A DNA stretch of 64,000 nt, from the IMG/VR virus record IMGVR_UViG_3300017643_000059, one strand, 5' to 3'. The position numbers and the translations under genes are program-made. Positions 11,975-25,248 of this stretch are shown here, piece by piece (positions within the stretch are counted from its first letter, which is position 1; every line of letters begins with the position of its first letter). The notes under the pieces are model-generated. The model ran no database searches, was not told the origin of the DNA, and worked only from the letters and a program-made list of their open reading frames with translations. Origin of the DNA: an uncultured virus (IMG/VR IMGVR_UViG_3300017643_000059). Its lineage: Duplodnaviria; Heunggongvirae; Uroviricota; Caudoviricetes.

Positions 11975-12320
11975 CGGCCCGGTACAGATACGCCCAGCGG
12001 CCATTGACCTTCACGTAGGTTTCATCCATGTGCCACGGGCAAAGATCGGAAGGGTTACGCCAGTACCAGCGCAGCCGTTTTTCCATTTCAGGCGCATAAC
12101 GCTGAACCCAGCGGTAAATCGTGGAGTGATCGACATTCACTCCGCGTTCAGCCAGCATCTCCTGCAGCTCACGGTAACTGATGCCGTATTTGCAGTACCA
12201 GCGTACGGCCCACAGAATGATGTCACGCTGAAAATGCCGGCCTTTGAATGGGTTCATGTGCAGCTCCATCAGTAAAAGGGGATGATAAGTTTATCACCAC
12301 CGACTATTTGCAACAGTGCC
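11975..12320 (-). mobile_element. Truncated IS26 (left 346 bp)
   Basis: TTTGCAACAGTGCC end; Tnp26 stops after ..YLYRA. Confidence 0.93.
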
Positions 12321-12555
12321 AATTTTTGTACGTTAAGCGCATTATTTAACCAATCTTGGTTCGTAAGTGGTTGATTTTGCGTCAGTGGCTATCGCTTTTA
12401 AGTTGTCGCTCTTGCAGTATCGCATTTAGGTTATCCGATTAAGGTCAAACCTCTGAAAATGCCGTATAGCGCGGGAGTACACCCTATTGCTATAGGTAAG
12501 TCTGTTCAAAAAACAGGCTTACCGTACAATAATTCTCTATATCCAAACTGACCCC
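12321..12555. mobile_element. Tn3-derived MITE/TIME, one IR truncated by IS26
   Basis: 38-bp IR GGGGTCAGTTTGGATATAGAGAATTATTGTACGGTAAG (minus strand, 12518-12555). The inner half of the partner IR, AATTTTTGTACGTTAAG, starts at 12321. No ORF. Confidence 0.7.
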
Positions 12556-12559
12556 TACA

Positions 12560-12785
12560 CGCTCGTAAGCGGCTCTTACGACCCGCTAACGCGGAGATAC
12601 GCCCCAACTGCGGCTTCGCCTTGTTGTGACCACTCCGACCGCGCACAAAAGCCTCTGAGCCGCTTTTAGCGGAATATGGCTTTGCAGGGTGAAGGGATGG
12701 ATAGGCGATCCCTTTCGATCCCTCACTGGTATCGGCGGCTAACCCTCGGTGCTACCTGTCATTTCATCCTGCCGCCTTACATGCG
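12560..12785. promoter_or_regulatory. Frpo/ssi-like single-stranded-DNA promoter element
   Basis: CGCTAACGCGGAGATACGCCCC..GACCACTCCGACCGCGCAC resembles recalled plasmid leading-region elements. The ends (12560-73 and 12771-85) are imperfectly complementary. Confidence 0.6.
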
Positions 12786-12872
12786 CTAACGCGCATAAAT
12801 CCCCGTTCCTCAGTGGAACGAAAACTCACGCTAACAGGGTAGTGACCGGGTAGCCACGATAACTGCCAACAA

Positions 12873-12924
12873 AATTAGCTTATAGGTTAATTCTACCTTG
12901 TCTGAAATTAGCCTATAGGTTAAT
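12873..12924. promoter_or_regulatory. Two palindromic operators upstream of the TA operon
   Basis: AATTAGCTTATAGGTTAATT and AATTAGCCTATAGGTTAAT. Confidence 0.65.
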
Positions 12925-12946
12925 ATTAATAGAAATGGGAGGTCAC

Positions 12947-13276
12947 ATGTTTAGCGTTGTTTATCACCCGGAAGCCAGGGAAGAAGCCACAGCATTACCC
13001 GTAAAAATCAGGGTGAAGTTTGACCGTCTCATCGGCAAACTGGAGTATGACGCCCGATTACTGCGGGAGCCGGACACGAAGCCCCTGGGCGATGGACTTT
13101 TTGAGATCCGCACGATGGGGACGGACATAGCCAGGGGAATCTGGGTATACCACAAAGGCAATACCATCATCATGCTCCGTGTTTTCATCAAGAAGTCACA
13201 GAAAACGCCAGCGAAAGAAATCGATCTCGCCAAAAAGCGGTTAGCGGAGGTACTTAATGAAACTGGTAAGCCATAA
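12947..13276 (+). CDS. RelE/HigB (Gp49-like) toxin
   Basis: KPLGDGLFEIR..VFIKKSQKTP..EIDLAKKR; GGAGGT RBS. Confidence 0.88.
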   Translation: MFSVVYHPEAREEATALPVKIRVKFDRLIGKLEYDARLLREPDTKPLGDGLFEIRTMGTDIARGIWVYHKGNTIIMLRVFIKKSQKTPAKEIDLAKKRLAEVLNETGKP

Positions 13277-13538
13277 AGAACTGCATAACGAGTGGATGCA
13301 GGACGATGAATATCGCGCTGCATGGCAGGAAGAAGAACGTAAGGAAAAGCTCAGGGAGCTGCTTGCTGAATGGCGCAAGCATGACAACCTGACAAAAGCG
13401 CAGGTTGCTGAACGCATGGGGGTTACACCTCCGGTTATTTCTCGCCTGGAAAACAACATCACCAAAGCCAGCATCGACACACTGACCCGCTACGCTCACG
13501 CCTGCGGCATCAAGAAACCTGTCATTGCCCTGTACTGA
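13257..13538 (+). CDS. HTH XRE antitoxin (HigA-like)
   Basis: LTKAQVAERMGVTPPVISRLE; overlaps the toxin gene. Confidence 0.88.
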   Translation: MKLVSHKELHNEWMQDDEYRAAWQEEERKEKLRELLAEWRKHDNLTKAQVAERMGVTPPVISRLENNITKASIDTLTRYAHACGIKKPVIALY

Positions 13539-13540
13539 AT

Positions 13541-13568
13541 AGCCAGCCCTCCGGGGCTGGCCTTTTTG
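13541..13568 (+). terminator. Terminator of the TA operon
   Basis: GCCAGCCC-TCCG-GGGCTGGC-CTTTTT. Confidence 0.75.
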
Positions 13569-13747
13569 TTTCGGTCAGTCCCAAAATTTTGTTAAAGCAA
13601 GTTTAAAATGTCACCTGTTTCTCCAAAGTTGAAATGTCACTTCTAAGCCAATCTATTTATACATAATCTTTACATCTTTCCCCGGTGACAAAGTGCTAAT
13701 TGGTCTGTAATGTTCAATGTGTGGCAGGCAAGCCGCCGGTGACTTAG

Positions 13748-14943
<1,196 letters not shown>

Positions 14944-15112
14944 TTAATATAAAGACACAAGCAGAGACATTTTTGGCACGATATAAAAACGCTAAGTTAA
15001 AAAATCACTATGACGTGTTGGGTATCAAATGTTCACTGGCATAAACCTCTGTTTCTGATGTAAAACAGATTTTCTGAGGAGGCGTAAAACCTCCTCGTAC
15101 TGCGAAATTGAT

Positions 15113-15613
15113 TTAGTGATAGCGATCGATCACGCCAACCAGATAGTGGTCGGTTTGCTGCATGTTGATGCCCGCTTTTTTAGCGCTGCGGACTTCATCC
15201 AGAATGATTTGCAACAGCGTCCCGTCCACGATTTCCTCTTTTCTGTATCGCTTCAGGAAGTTAATCGCTGACTTATCGTTTGCTGCCTGGGCGTCTTCCG
15301 TCAAAGAGGTCAGCGCATTAATGCGCTTCTGGTAATCGCTTACCGTCTGCTCAAACAGATCTTCCAGCGTGGAAAATTCACCGCACCGGGCGTGTTGCTC
15401 CTGTAACACCGGCGTGGCGCCGCTCTGTTTGATGTATTCGTACATGCGCATCATTTGCGTCACCGTATTTTGCGCCTGATGACGCAAAAATAGTGCGGTG
15501 CCATTAAGGCTATTCTCGCTGCACCTCTGGCTGAGCTGAAGATACAAATTTGAGGTATAAAACTCCTGATTCATTTGCGCATTCAGTTTTTGAACTATTC
15601 CGCTAGCGATCAT
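15113..15613 (-). CDS. ftnB: Ferritin-like protein (FtnB type)
   Basis: KLNAQMNQEFYTSNLYLQLS..; 166-aa four-helix pattern. Confidence 0.8.
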   Translation of the reverse strand: MIASGIVQKLNAQMNQEFYTSNLYLQLSQRCSENSLNGTALFLRHQAQNTVTQMMRMYEYIKQSGATPVLQEQHARCGEFSTLEDLFEQTVSDYQKRINALTSLTEDAQAANDKSAINFLKRYRKEEIVDGTLLQIILDEVRSAKKAGINMQQTDHYLVGVIDRYH

Positions 15614-15887
15614 AGGACTTCCTTATTTCTTGTCATCTCAGAAAACGGTCACTCTTCGAAAAAACAACCAGAATAAAAGCGATTCTTTCGCTTTTTTTAT
15701 TGCGCCTGGTTACGCAGTCATATTCATTTTAAGTCGGGATGCTCCTTATTTAAATATCCACCCCTACTATCGCATTTCTATCTGGCATTATTCTGTGATG
15801 GTGTTTCGATATTCACACTCCCTGTGCCAATCCTTTCTTATCGACAGTAGGAAACTTCCTCCGGCTATTCTGCTGAACACGATTAGG

Positions 15888-16707
15888 GGCACTGTTGCAA
15901 AGTTAGCGATGAGGCAGCGTTTTGTCTTATTCAAAGGCCTTACATTTCAAAAACTCTGCTTACCAGGCGCATTTCGCCCAGGGGATCACCATAATAAAAT
16001 GCTGAGGCCTGGCCTTTGCGTAGTGCACGCATCACCTCAATACCTTTGATGGTGGCGTAAGCCGTCTTCATGGATTTAAATCCCAGCGTGGCGCCGATTA
16101 TCCGTTTCAGTTTGCCATGATCGCATTCAATCACGTTGTTCCGGTACTTAATCTGTCGGTGTTCAACGTCAGACGGGCACCGGCCTTCGCGTTTGAGCAG
16201 AGCAAGCGCGCGACCATAGGCGGGCGCTTTATCCGTGTTGATGAATCGCGGGATCTGCCACTTCTTCACGTTGTTGAGGATTTTACCCAGAAACCGGTAT
16301 GCAGCTTTGCTGTTACGACGGGAGGAGAGATAAAAATCGACAGTGCGGCCCCGGCTGTCGACGGCCCGGTACAGATACGCCCAGCGGCCATTGACCTTCA
16401 CGTAGGTTTCATCCATGTGCCACGGGCAAAGATCGGAAGGGTTACGCCAGTACCAGCGCAGCCGTTTTTCCATTTCAGGCGCATAACGCTGAACCCAGCG
16501 GTAAATCGTGGAGTGATCGACATTCACTCCGCGTTCAGCCAGCATCTCCTGCAGCTCACGGTAACTGATGCCGTATTTGCAGTACCAGCGTACGGCCCAC
16601 AGAATGATGTCACGCTGAAAATGCCGGCCTTTGAATGGGTTCATGTGCAGCTCCATCAGCAAAAGGGGATGATAAGTTTATCACCACCGACTATTTGCAA
16701 CAGTGCC
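15888..16707 (-). mobile_element. IS26 (820 bp)
   Basis: GGCACTGTTGCAAA IRs and a full Tnp26 ORF. Confidence 0.98.
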
Positions 16708-17013
16708 ATAGTTTTTCCATTTCAGGGAGGCGCGTTCTTGCGGGTTGCGTCCCTTGTGATTGGCGATGCGATCCGCCGTGGCGGCCTGGCGCTTGACGGG
16801 CCAGTAGGAGCGGCCATCCTTGCCCATCGACCAGACGCTGCTGGCCTGGTTTTCCAGCAGGGGCAGATGGGCGCTCAGGGCTTCGGGCGACGCGCTGGTC
16901 AGCGCCGTGCGCTCACGGGTGCGCCAGCGCTGATGCCAGAGCTTCTTGTCCTCGCGCTCGCTGCCGCAGGTCGTGTGCCCGACGATGGGTGTTTTGCGGC
17001 GGCTGCGGCTCAT
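16708..17013 (-). pseudogene. Basic hypothetical protein, 3' end cut at IS26
   Basis: GGAG RBS; the ORF runs into IS26. Confidence 0.55.
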
Positions 17014-17267
17014 AACGTAGTGGTCTCCAAGAACATTCAGGACTGATCCCAGGCGTCGATGGTCAAGACCTGATCGGCAGGACAGGCGGCTACGCGGTCG
17101 GGAACTGGATGGTGTTCAGTCTCATGCCGACCCCATTCGATTGATCGCGTCGCTTGCGGCACGCTGCGACGCAAGGAGGTTTGCGACCTGGTTTAGCAGC
17201 CGTGTCCGCTGCATGTCTGTTACCTATCTCCCCGACCGCTCATTGGACCAACTCCAGAGATTGGGCT

Positions 17268-17624
17268 CTATCGCTCAGCCAATACGAAACCGGCATTGGC
17301 TGATGCCACAACCGAGACTAACACAAATGGCTCGGTACCTGTATTTCGCGCCCCGTGCACTTGGCCCGGTCTTGCCACGGCTATCTCACCTTCCCTGAGG
17401 GCACGAACAATCCCATTGCCCTGAAAGTAATCAGCCATTCCCGACAAAACAGTCCACGTGTCTTGGCCGTGAGGATGAATGTGAGCCGCAATTTCCTGCC
17501 CGGGATGGACATGCCAAACCACGATAATTGAGTCTCGGGTTTCAAGCACAACGGAACGAATAGGCTCGCCTTCGGACGGCTGAACATACTCGGCTACAGA
17601 AAATATTCTCGATTCAACAGTCAT
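17268..17624 (-). CDS. Cupin domain protein
   Basis: HIHPHGQD..G..PGQVH.A.N cupin motifs; start MTVESR. Confidence 0.85.
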   Translation of the reverse strand: MTVESRIFSVAEYVQPSEGEPIRSVVLETRDSIIVVWHVHPGQEIAAHIHPHGQDTWTVLSGMADYFQGNGIVRALREGEIAVARPGQVHGARNTGTEPFVLVSVVASANAGFVLAER

Positions 17625-18015
17625 CGGAGATCCCTCTTTCACAGTTGTCGTTACGGTCTTCATCGTCGGCATCCTGACGCACGGCGGGCAATTGCTGGAG
17701 CAACGCCGGCAGCCATTCCTGTACCGTCTCCCACACCACATCGAGGTTGATGTCGAAATAGCCGTGAGCCATGCGATTACGCATATTGCGCATGCTGCGC
17801 CACGGCACGTCGGCATGCGCCTGGGTGAACTCGACGTAGCCATCCATCACCTTTGTGGCCGCCTCGCCGATGACGATCAGGCTCATGATGACGGCCTGCT
17901 GGGTGCGCTTGTCGGCCAAGAAGTCGTCCTTGGCCATCCCTTCCACGAAGCTGCGCGCATCGGTTGCGGCCTGCTGAATGTGGTCGAGGTAATCGGGCAG
18001 GCGGTTCTCGCTCAT
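17614..18015 (-). CDS. HEPN/DUF86 (HepT-like) RNase toxin
   Basis: RNRMAHGY (RX4HXY) motif. Confidence 0.88.
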   Translation of the reverse strand: MSENRLPDYLDHIQQAATDARSFVEGMAKDDFLADKRTQQAVIMSLIVIGEAATKVMDGYVEFTQAHADVPWRSMRNMRNRMAHGYFDINLDVVWETVQEWLPALLQQLPAVRQDADDEDRNDNCERGISDDC

Positions 18016-18308
18016 ATCGGTTGCGCCTCCGCGAGCACCTTGGCCCGGAACTTCGGCGGCAGGTCGCCGGGAGTCAGCAGATCGACGTCAACGCCGAGCA
18101 GCGATTTCAGTTCTTCTTCCAAATCGCCCAAGTCCAACAACGTGGCACCGGGCAGCGCATCGACCAACAGGTCGAGGTCGCTGCCATCCCGGTCGGTGCC
18201 ATGCAGCACCGAGCCGAAGACGCGCGGGTTCGCGGCGCGAAAGCGGCCTACCGCTTCACGCACTGCGCTTCGCTTCATGTCAAGCACAACAGACGGTCGC
18301 ATGCGCAT
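18012..18308 (-). CDS. Minimal nucleotidyltransferase (MntA-like) antitoxin
   Basis: FGSVLHGTDRDGSDLD (GSX10DXD) motif. Confidence 0.88.
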   Translation of the reverse strand: MRMRPSVVLDMKRSAVREAVGRFRAANPRVFGSVLHGTDRDGSDLDLLVDALPGATLLDLGDLEEELKSLLGVDVDLLTPGDLPPKFRAKVLAEAQPI

Positions 18309-18460
18309 CCTTTCTTATCGAAACTCGTTGAGATGATATGCAATCAAGAATAGAATTTCAAGAACTATTTTCGAGAATCGCAATGCCTTGATTCCCGTGC
18401 CGCGCCGGTTGCCTTGGCGGGCTTGTCACAAACCTACGTTTTCAAGAAGAAGGAAACCGC

Positions 18461-18633
18461 ATGCCCCGCCGTTCGATCCTCTCCGCCGCCGAGCGCGAAA
18501 GCCTGCTGGCGTTGCCGGACACCAAGGATGAGTTGATCCGTCACTACACGTTCAGCGAAAGCGACCTCTCCATCATCCGGCAGCGGCGCGGCCCGGCCAA
18601 TCGGCTGGGCTTCGCGGTGCAGCTCTGCTACCT
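18461..18633 (+). pseudogene. tnpA: Tn21-subgroup tnpA 5' fragment interrupted by the mer transposon
   Basis: [31 protein letters not shown], then the IR. Confidence 0.88.
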
Positions 18634-18666
18634 GGGGTCGTCTCAGAATTCGGAAAATAAAGCACG

Positions 18667-19122
18667 CTAAGGCGTAGTCACCCCGTGACTCCCCCGCGCC
18701 GATGCAGCGAGCTTCGTTCCGTCTTGCAGTGACGCAATCAGCGGGCAGGAAACGTTCCCTTTCCGCGCGTGGCAGGCGCACACCAGTTCAGACAGCACGG
18801 CCTCCATGCGTGCCAAGTCGGCCATCTTCTCGCGCACATCCTTGAGCTTGTGCTCGGCCAGGCCGCTGGCTTCCTCGCAATGGGTGCCATCCTCCAGCCG
18901 CAGTAGCTCGGCGATTTCGTCCAGGCTAAAGCCCAGCCGCTGGGCCGATTTCACGAACCGCACTCGTGTTACATCCGCCTCGCCATAGCGGCGAATGCTG
19001 CCATAGGGCTTGTCTGGCTCCGGCAGCAGGCCCTTGCGCTGGTAGAACCGGATGGTCTCCACATTGACCCCGGCCGCCTTGGCAAAAACGCCAATGGTCA
19101 GATTCTCAAAATTAATTTGCAT
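18667..19122 (-). CDS. merR: Mercury-responsive regulator
   Basis: [26 protein letters not shown]; three Hg-binding Cys. Confidence 0.97.
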   Translation of the reverse strand: MQINFENLTIGVFAKAAGVNVETIRFYQRKGLLPEPDKPYGSIRRYGEADVTRVRFVKSAQRLGFSLDEIAELLRLEDGTHCEEASGLAEHKLKDVREKMADLARMEAVLSELVCACHARKGNVSCPLIASLQDGTKLAASARGSHGVTTP

Positions 19123-19127
19123 ATCGC

Positions 19128-19158
19128 TTGACTCCGTACATAACTACGGAAGTAAGCT
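19128..19158 (+). promoter_or_regulatory. mer operator/promoter
   Basis: TTGACT-19 bp-TAAGCT with a TCCGTA..TACGGA dyad. Confidence 0.92.
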
Positions 19159-19193
19159 TAAGCTATCCAAACCAAATTTGAAAGGACAAGCGT

Positions 19194-19544
19194 ATGTCTG
19201 AACCACAAAACGGGCGCGGCGCGCTCTTCGCCGGTGGGCTGGCCGCCATTCTTGCGTCGGCCTGCTGCCTGGGGCCGCTGGTTTTGATCGCCTTGGGGTT
19301 CAGCGGGGCATGGATCGGCAACCTGACGGTGCTGGAACCCTATCGCCCGATCTTCATCGGCGCAGCGCTGGTCGCGCTGTTTTTCGCCTGGCGGCGCATC
19401 TACCGCCCGGCGCAAGCCTGCAAACCGGGTGAGGTCTGCGCGATTCCCCAAGTGCGAGCTACTTACAAGCTCATTTTCTGGATCGTGGCCGCGCTGGTCC
19501 TGGTCGCGCTCGGATTTCCCTACGTCATGCCATTTTTCTATTAA
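19194..19544 (+). CDS. merT: Mercury transporter
   Basis: ASACCLGPLVL motif. Confidence 0.97.
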   Translation: MSEPQNGRGALFAGGLAAILASACCLGPLVLIALGFSGAWIGNLTVLEPYRPIFIGAALVALFFAWRRIYRPAQACKPGEVCAIPQVRATYKLIFWIVAALVLVALGFPYVMPFFY

Positions 19545-19559
19545 TCACAGGAGTTCATC

Positions 19560-19835
19560 ATGAAAAAACTGTTTGCCGCCCTCGCCCTCGCTGCCGTTGT
19601 TGCCCCCGTGTGGGCCGCCACCCAGACCGTCACGCTGTCCGTACCGGGCATGACCTGCTCCACCTGCCCGATCACCGTCAAGAAGGCGATTTCCAAGGTC
19701 GAAGGCGTCAGCAAAATTGACGTGACCTTCGAGACACGCGAAGCGGTTGTCACGTTCGATGATGCCAAGACCAGCGTGCAGAAGCTGACCAAGGCAACCG
19801 GAGACGCGGGCTATCCGTCCAGCGTCAAGCAGTGA
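19560..19835 (+). CDS. merP: Periplasmic mercury-binding protein
   Basis: Signal peptide and GMTCSTC motif. Confidence 0.97.
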   Translation: MKKLFAALALAAVVAPVWAATQTVTLSVPGMTCSTCPITVKKAISKVEGVSKIDVTFETREAVVTFDDAKTSVQKLTKATGDAGYPSSVKQ

Positions 19836-19843
19836 GCCACTGA

Positions 19844-21991
<2,148 letters not shown>

Positions 21992-22008
21992 GGAAAAGGA
22001 GGTGTTCA

Positions 22009-22374
22009 ATGAGCGCCTACACAGTGTCCCGGCTGGCCCTTGATGCCGGGGTGAGCGTGCATATCGTGCGCGACTACCTGCTGCGCGGATTGCTACGGCC
22101 GGTCGCGTGCACCACGGGCGGCTACGGCTTGTTCGATGACACCGCGTTGCAACGGCTGCGCTTTGTACGGGCTGCCTTCGAAGCGGGTATCGGCCTGGAC
22201 GCACTGGCGCGGCTGTGCCGGGCGCTGGATGCTGCGGACGGTGACGGTGCGTCTGCGCAGCTTGCCGTGTTGCGGCAACTCGTCGAGCGTCGGCGCGAGG
22301 CCCTGGCCAGCCTCGAAATGCAACTGGCCGCCATGCCAACCGAACCGGCACAGCACGCGGAGAGTCTGCCATGA
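22009..22374 (+). CDS. merD: mer co-regulator
   Basis: [23 protein letters not shown]. Confidence 0.95.
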   Translation: MSAYTVSRLALDAGVSVHIVRDYLLRGLLRPVACTTGGYGLFDDTALQRLRFVRAAFEAGIGLDALARLCRALDAADGDGASAQLAVLRQLVERRREALASLEMQLAAMPTEPAQHAESLP

Positions 22375-22607
22375 ACAGCCCAGAGCACTTGCCGTCTGAG
22401 ACGCACAAACCGATCACCGGCTACTTGTGGGGCGCGCTGGCCGTGCTCACCTGTCCCTGCCATTTGCCGATTCTCGCCATTGTGCTAGCCGGCACGACGG
22501 CCGGCGCGTTCATCGGGGAGCACTGGGGTATTGCAGCCCTCACGCTGACCGGCTTGTTTGTCCTGTCTGTGACGCGGCTGCTGCGGGCCTTCAAGGGAAG
22601 ATCATGA
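22371..22607 (+). CDS. merE: Mercury transporter
   Basis: LTCPCHL motif. Confidence 0.95.
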   Translation: MNSPEHLPSETHKPITGYLWGALAVLTCPCHLPILAIVLAGTTAGAFIGEHWGIAALTLTGLFVLSVTRLLRAFKGRS

Positions 22608-22672
22608 CCGCTTCCCAGCCAGCCGAGAGTGGGCAGCTTTGAGCTTCGCTACCAATCTGGAGGAGTACCACC

Positions 22673-22885
22673 ATGAACGCAAACGCCCCGAACACTGCCA
22701 GTTGCACCACCTGCTGCGTATGCTGCAAAGAAATTCCGCTCGATGCCGCCTTCACCCCGGAAGGCGCGGAATACGTCGAACATTTCTGCGGGCTGGATTG
22801 CTATGAACGCTTCCAGGCACGCGCCAAGGCCGCGACAGAATCTGACATTGCGCCTGTCCCTGGCGGTTCGCAGCCGTCAGATTGA
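22673..22885 (+). CDS. DUF3330-like small Cys-rich protein
   Basis: [17 protein letters not shown]; usual position between merE and res. Confidence 0.8.
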   Translation: MNANAPNTASCTTCCVCCKEIPLDAAFTPEGAEYVEHFCGLDCYERFQARAKAATESDIAPVPGGSQPSD

Positions 22886-22995
22886 GGCATACCCTAACCT
22901 GATGTCAGATGTTGAGCACAAACAACGTCAGAGTAGGGTATTAATTTATATTTATTGACACATTCAGCCAAGGGTAATAGATTTCATCCTGACAT
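22875..22995. other. Tn21-type resolution site (res)
   Basis: CGTCAGATTGAGGCATACCCTAACCTGATG site I plus accessory sites. Confidence 0.8.
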
Positions 22996-23014
22996 TTTTA
23001 CCTTTGGAGGCATC

Positions 23015-23572
23015 TTGCAAGGTCAACGTATCGGCTACGTTCGCGTCAGCAGCTTCGACCAGAATCCTGATCGACAACTGGAACAAATAGAAGTCGGCAA
23101 GGTATTCACCGATAAGGCTTCAGGCAAGGACACACAACGTCCCGAACTTGAAAGGCTGCTGGCCTTCGTCCGCGAGGGCGACACCGTGGTGGTGCATAGC
23201 ATGGACAGGTTGGCACGCAACCTTGATGACCTGCGCCGCATCGTCCAAGGGCTGACACAACGGGGCGTGCGCATGGAGTTCGTCAAAGAAGGGCTAACGT
23301 TCACCGGCGAGGACTCACCGATGGCCAATCTGATGCTGTCGGTCATGGGAGCCTTTGCTGAGTTCGAGCGCGCTCTGATCCGCGAACGTCAGCGCGAGGG
23401 AATCGTGCTGGCTAAGCAGCGCGGGGCCTACCGGGGACGAAAGAAATCGCTGAACAGCGAACAAATTGCCGAGTTGAAACGGCGAGTTGCGGCAGGCGAC
23501 CAGAAAACCTTGGTGGCCCGTGACTTCGGCATCAGCCGCGAAACTTTGTACCAGTACCTGCGGGAAGACTGA
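23015..23572 (+). CDS. tnpR: Serine resolvase
   Basis: RIGYVRVSS..SMDRLARN; TTG start after GGAGG. Confidence 0.93.
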   Translation: MQGQRIGYVRVSSFDQNPDRQLEQIEVGKVFTDKASGKDTQRPELERLLAFVREGDTVVVHSMDRLARNLDDLRRIVQGLTQRGVRMEFVKEGLTFTGEDSPMANLMLSVMGAFAEFERALIRERQREGIVLAKQRGAYRGRKKSLNSEQIAELKRRVAAGDQKTLVARDFGISRETLYQYLRED

Positions 23573-23593
23573 CCATGCCACGCCGCTCAATCC

Positions 23594-24413
23594 GGCACTG
23601 TTGCAAATAGTCGGTGGTGATAAACTTATCATCCCCTTTTGCTGATGGAGCTGCACATGAACCCATTCAAAGGCCGGCATTTTCAGCGTGACATCATTCT
23701 GTGGGCCGTACGCTGGTACTGCAAATACGGCATCAGTTACCGTGAGCTGCAGGAGATGCTGGCTGAACGCGGAGTGAATGTCGATCACTCCACGATTTAC
23801 CGCTGGGTTCAGCGTTATGCGCCTGAAATGGAAAAACGGCTGCGCTGGTACTGGCGTAACCCTTCCGATCTTTGCCCGTGGCACATGGATGAAACCTACG
23901 TGAAGGTCAATGGCCGCTGGGCGTATCTGTACCGGGCCGTCGACAGCCGGGGCCGCACTGTCGATTTTTATCTCTCCTCCCGTCGTAACAGCAAAGCTGC
24001 ATACCGGTTTCTGGGTAAAATCCTCAACAACGTGAAGAAGTGGCAGATCCCGCGATTCATCAACACGGATAAAGCGCCCGCCTATGGTCGCGCGCTTGCT
24101 CTGCTCAAACGCGAAGGCCGGTGCCCGTCTGACGTTGAACACCGACAGATTAAGTACCGGAACAACGTGATTGAATGCGATCATGGCAAACTGAAACGGA
24201 TAATCGGCGCCACGCTGGGATTTAAATCCATGAAGACGGCTTACGCCACCATCAAAGGTATTGAGGTGATGCGTGCACTACGCAAAGGCCAGGCCTCAGC
24301 ATTTTATTATGGTGATCCCCTGGGCGAAATGCGCCTGGTAAGCAGAGTTTTTGAAATGTAAGGCCTTTGAATAAGACAAAAGGCTGCCTCATCGCTAACT
24401 TTGCAACAGTGCC
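23594..24413 (+). mobile_element. IS26 (820 bp)
   Basis: Both IRs and a full transposase; inverted relative to the copy at 15888. Confidence 0.98.
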
Positions 24414-24480
24414 ATAGAAAGGTTACATTTCTAAAAATTATAACGCTGACCTGGGGACCGGGAATATGTATTCATTTATC

Positions 24481-25248
24481 GGTAATAACTCCAACTTATT
24501 GATAGTGTTTTATGTTCAGATAATGCCCGATGACTTTGTCATGCAGCTCCACCGATTTTGAGAACGACAGCGACTTCCGTCCCAGCCGTGCCAGGTGCTG
24601 CCTCAGATTCAGGTTATGCCGCTCAATTCGCTGCGTATATCGCTTGCTGATTACGTGCAGCTTTCCCTTCAGGCGGGATTCATACAGCGGCCAGCCATCC
24701 GTCATCCATATCACCACGTCAAAGGGTGACAGCAGGCTCATAAGACGCCCCAGCGTCGCCATAGTGCGTTCACCGAATACGTGCGCAACAACCGTCTTCC
24801 GGAGCCTGTCATACGCGTAAAACAGCCAGCGCTGGCGCGATTTAGCCCCGACATAGCCCCACTGTTCGTCCATTTCCGCGCAGACGATGACGTCACTGCC
24901 CGGCTGTATGCGCGAGGTTACCGACTGCGGCCTGAGTTTTTTAAATGGCGGAAAATCGTGTTGAGGCCAACGCCCATAATGCGGGCGGTTGCCCGGCATC
25001 CAACGCCATTCATGGCCATATCAATGATTTTCTGGTGCGTACCGGGTTGAGAAGCGGTGTAAGTGAACTGCAGTTGCCATGTTTTACGGCAGTGAGAGCA
25101 GAGATAGCGCTGATGTCCGGCAGTGCTTTTGCCGTTACGCACCACCCCGTCAGTAGCTGAACAGGAGGGACAGCTGATAGAAACAGAAGCCACTGGAGCA
25201 CCTCAAAAACACCATCATACACTAAATCAGTAAGTTGGCAGCATCACC
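24481..25248 (-). mobile_element. insAB: IS1 (768 bp; insA 24918-25193, insB 24496-24999)
   Basis: Both IRs and InsA/InsB ORFs. Confidence 0.98.

Noticed and set aside
12330..12460. Xer/dif-like site
   Set aside because: No adequate match to XerC/XerD arms; better explained as MITE interior.
16117..17046. Long antisense ORFs over IS26 (also 23315-24184) and over merA (21068-22417)
   Set aside because: Shadow ORFs of real genes on the opposite strand.
17268..17843. 191-aa cupin fusion
   Set aside because: The N-terminal part is an alternative frame of the HEPN gene; the cupin starts at 17624.
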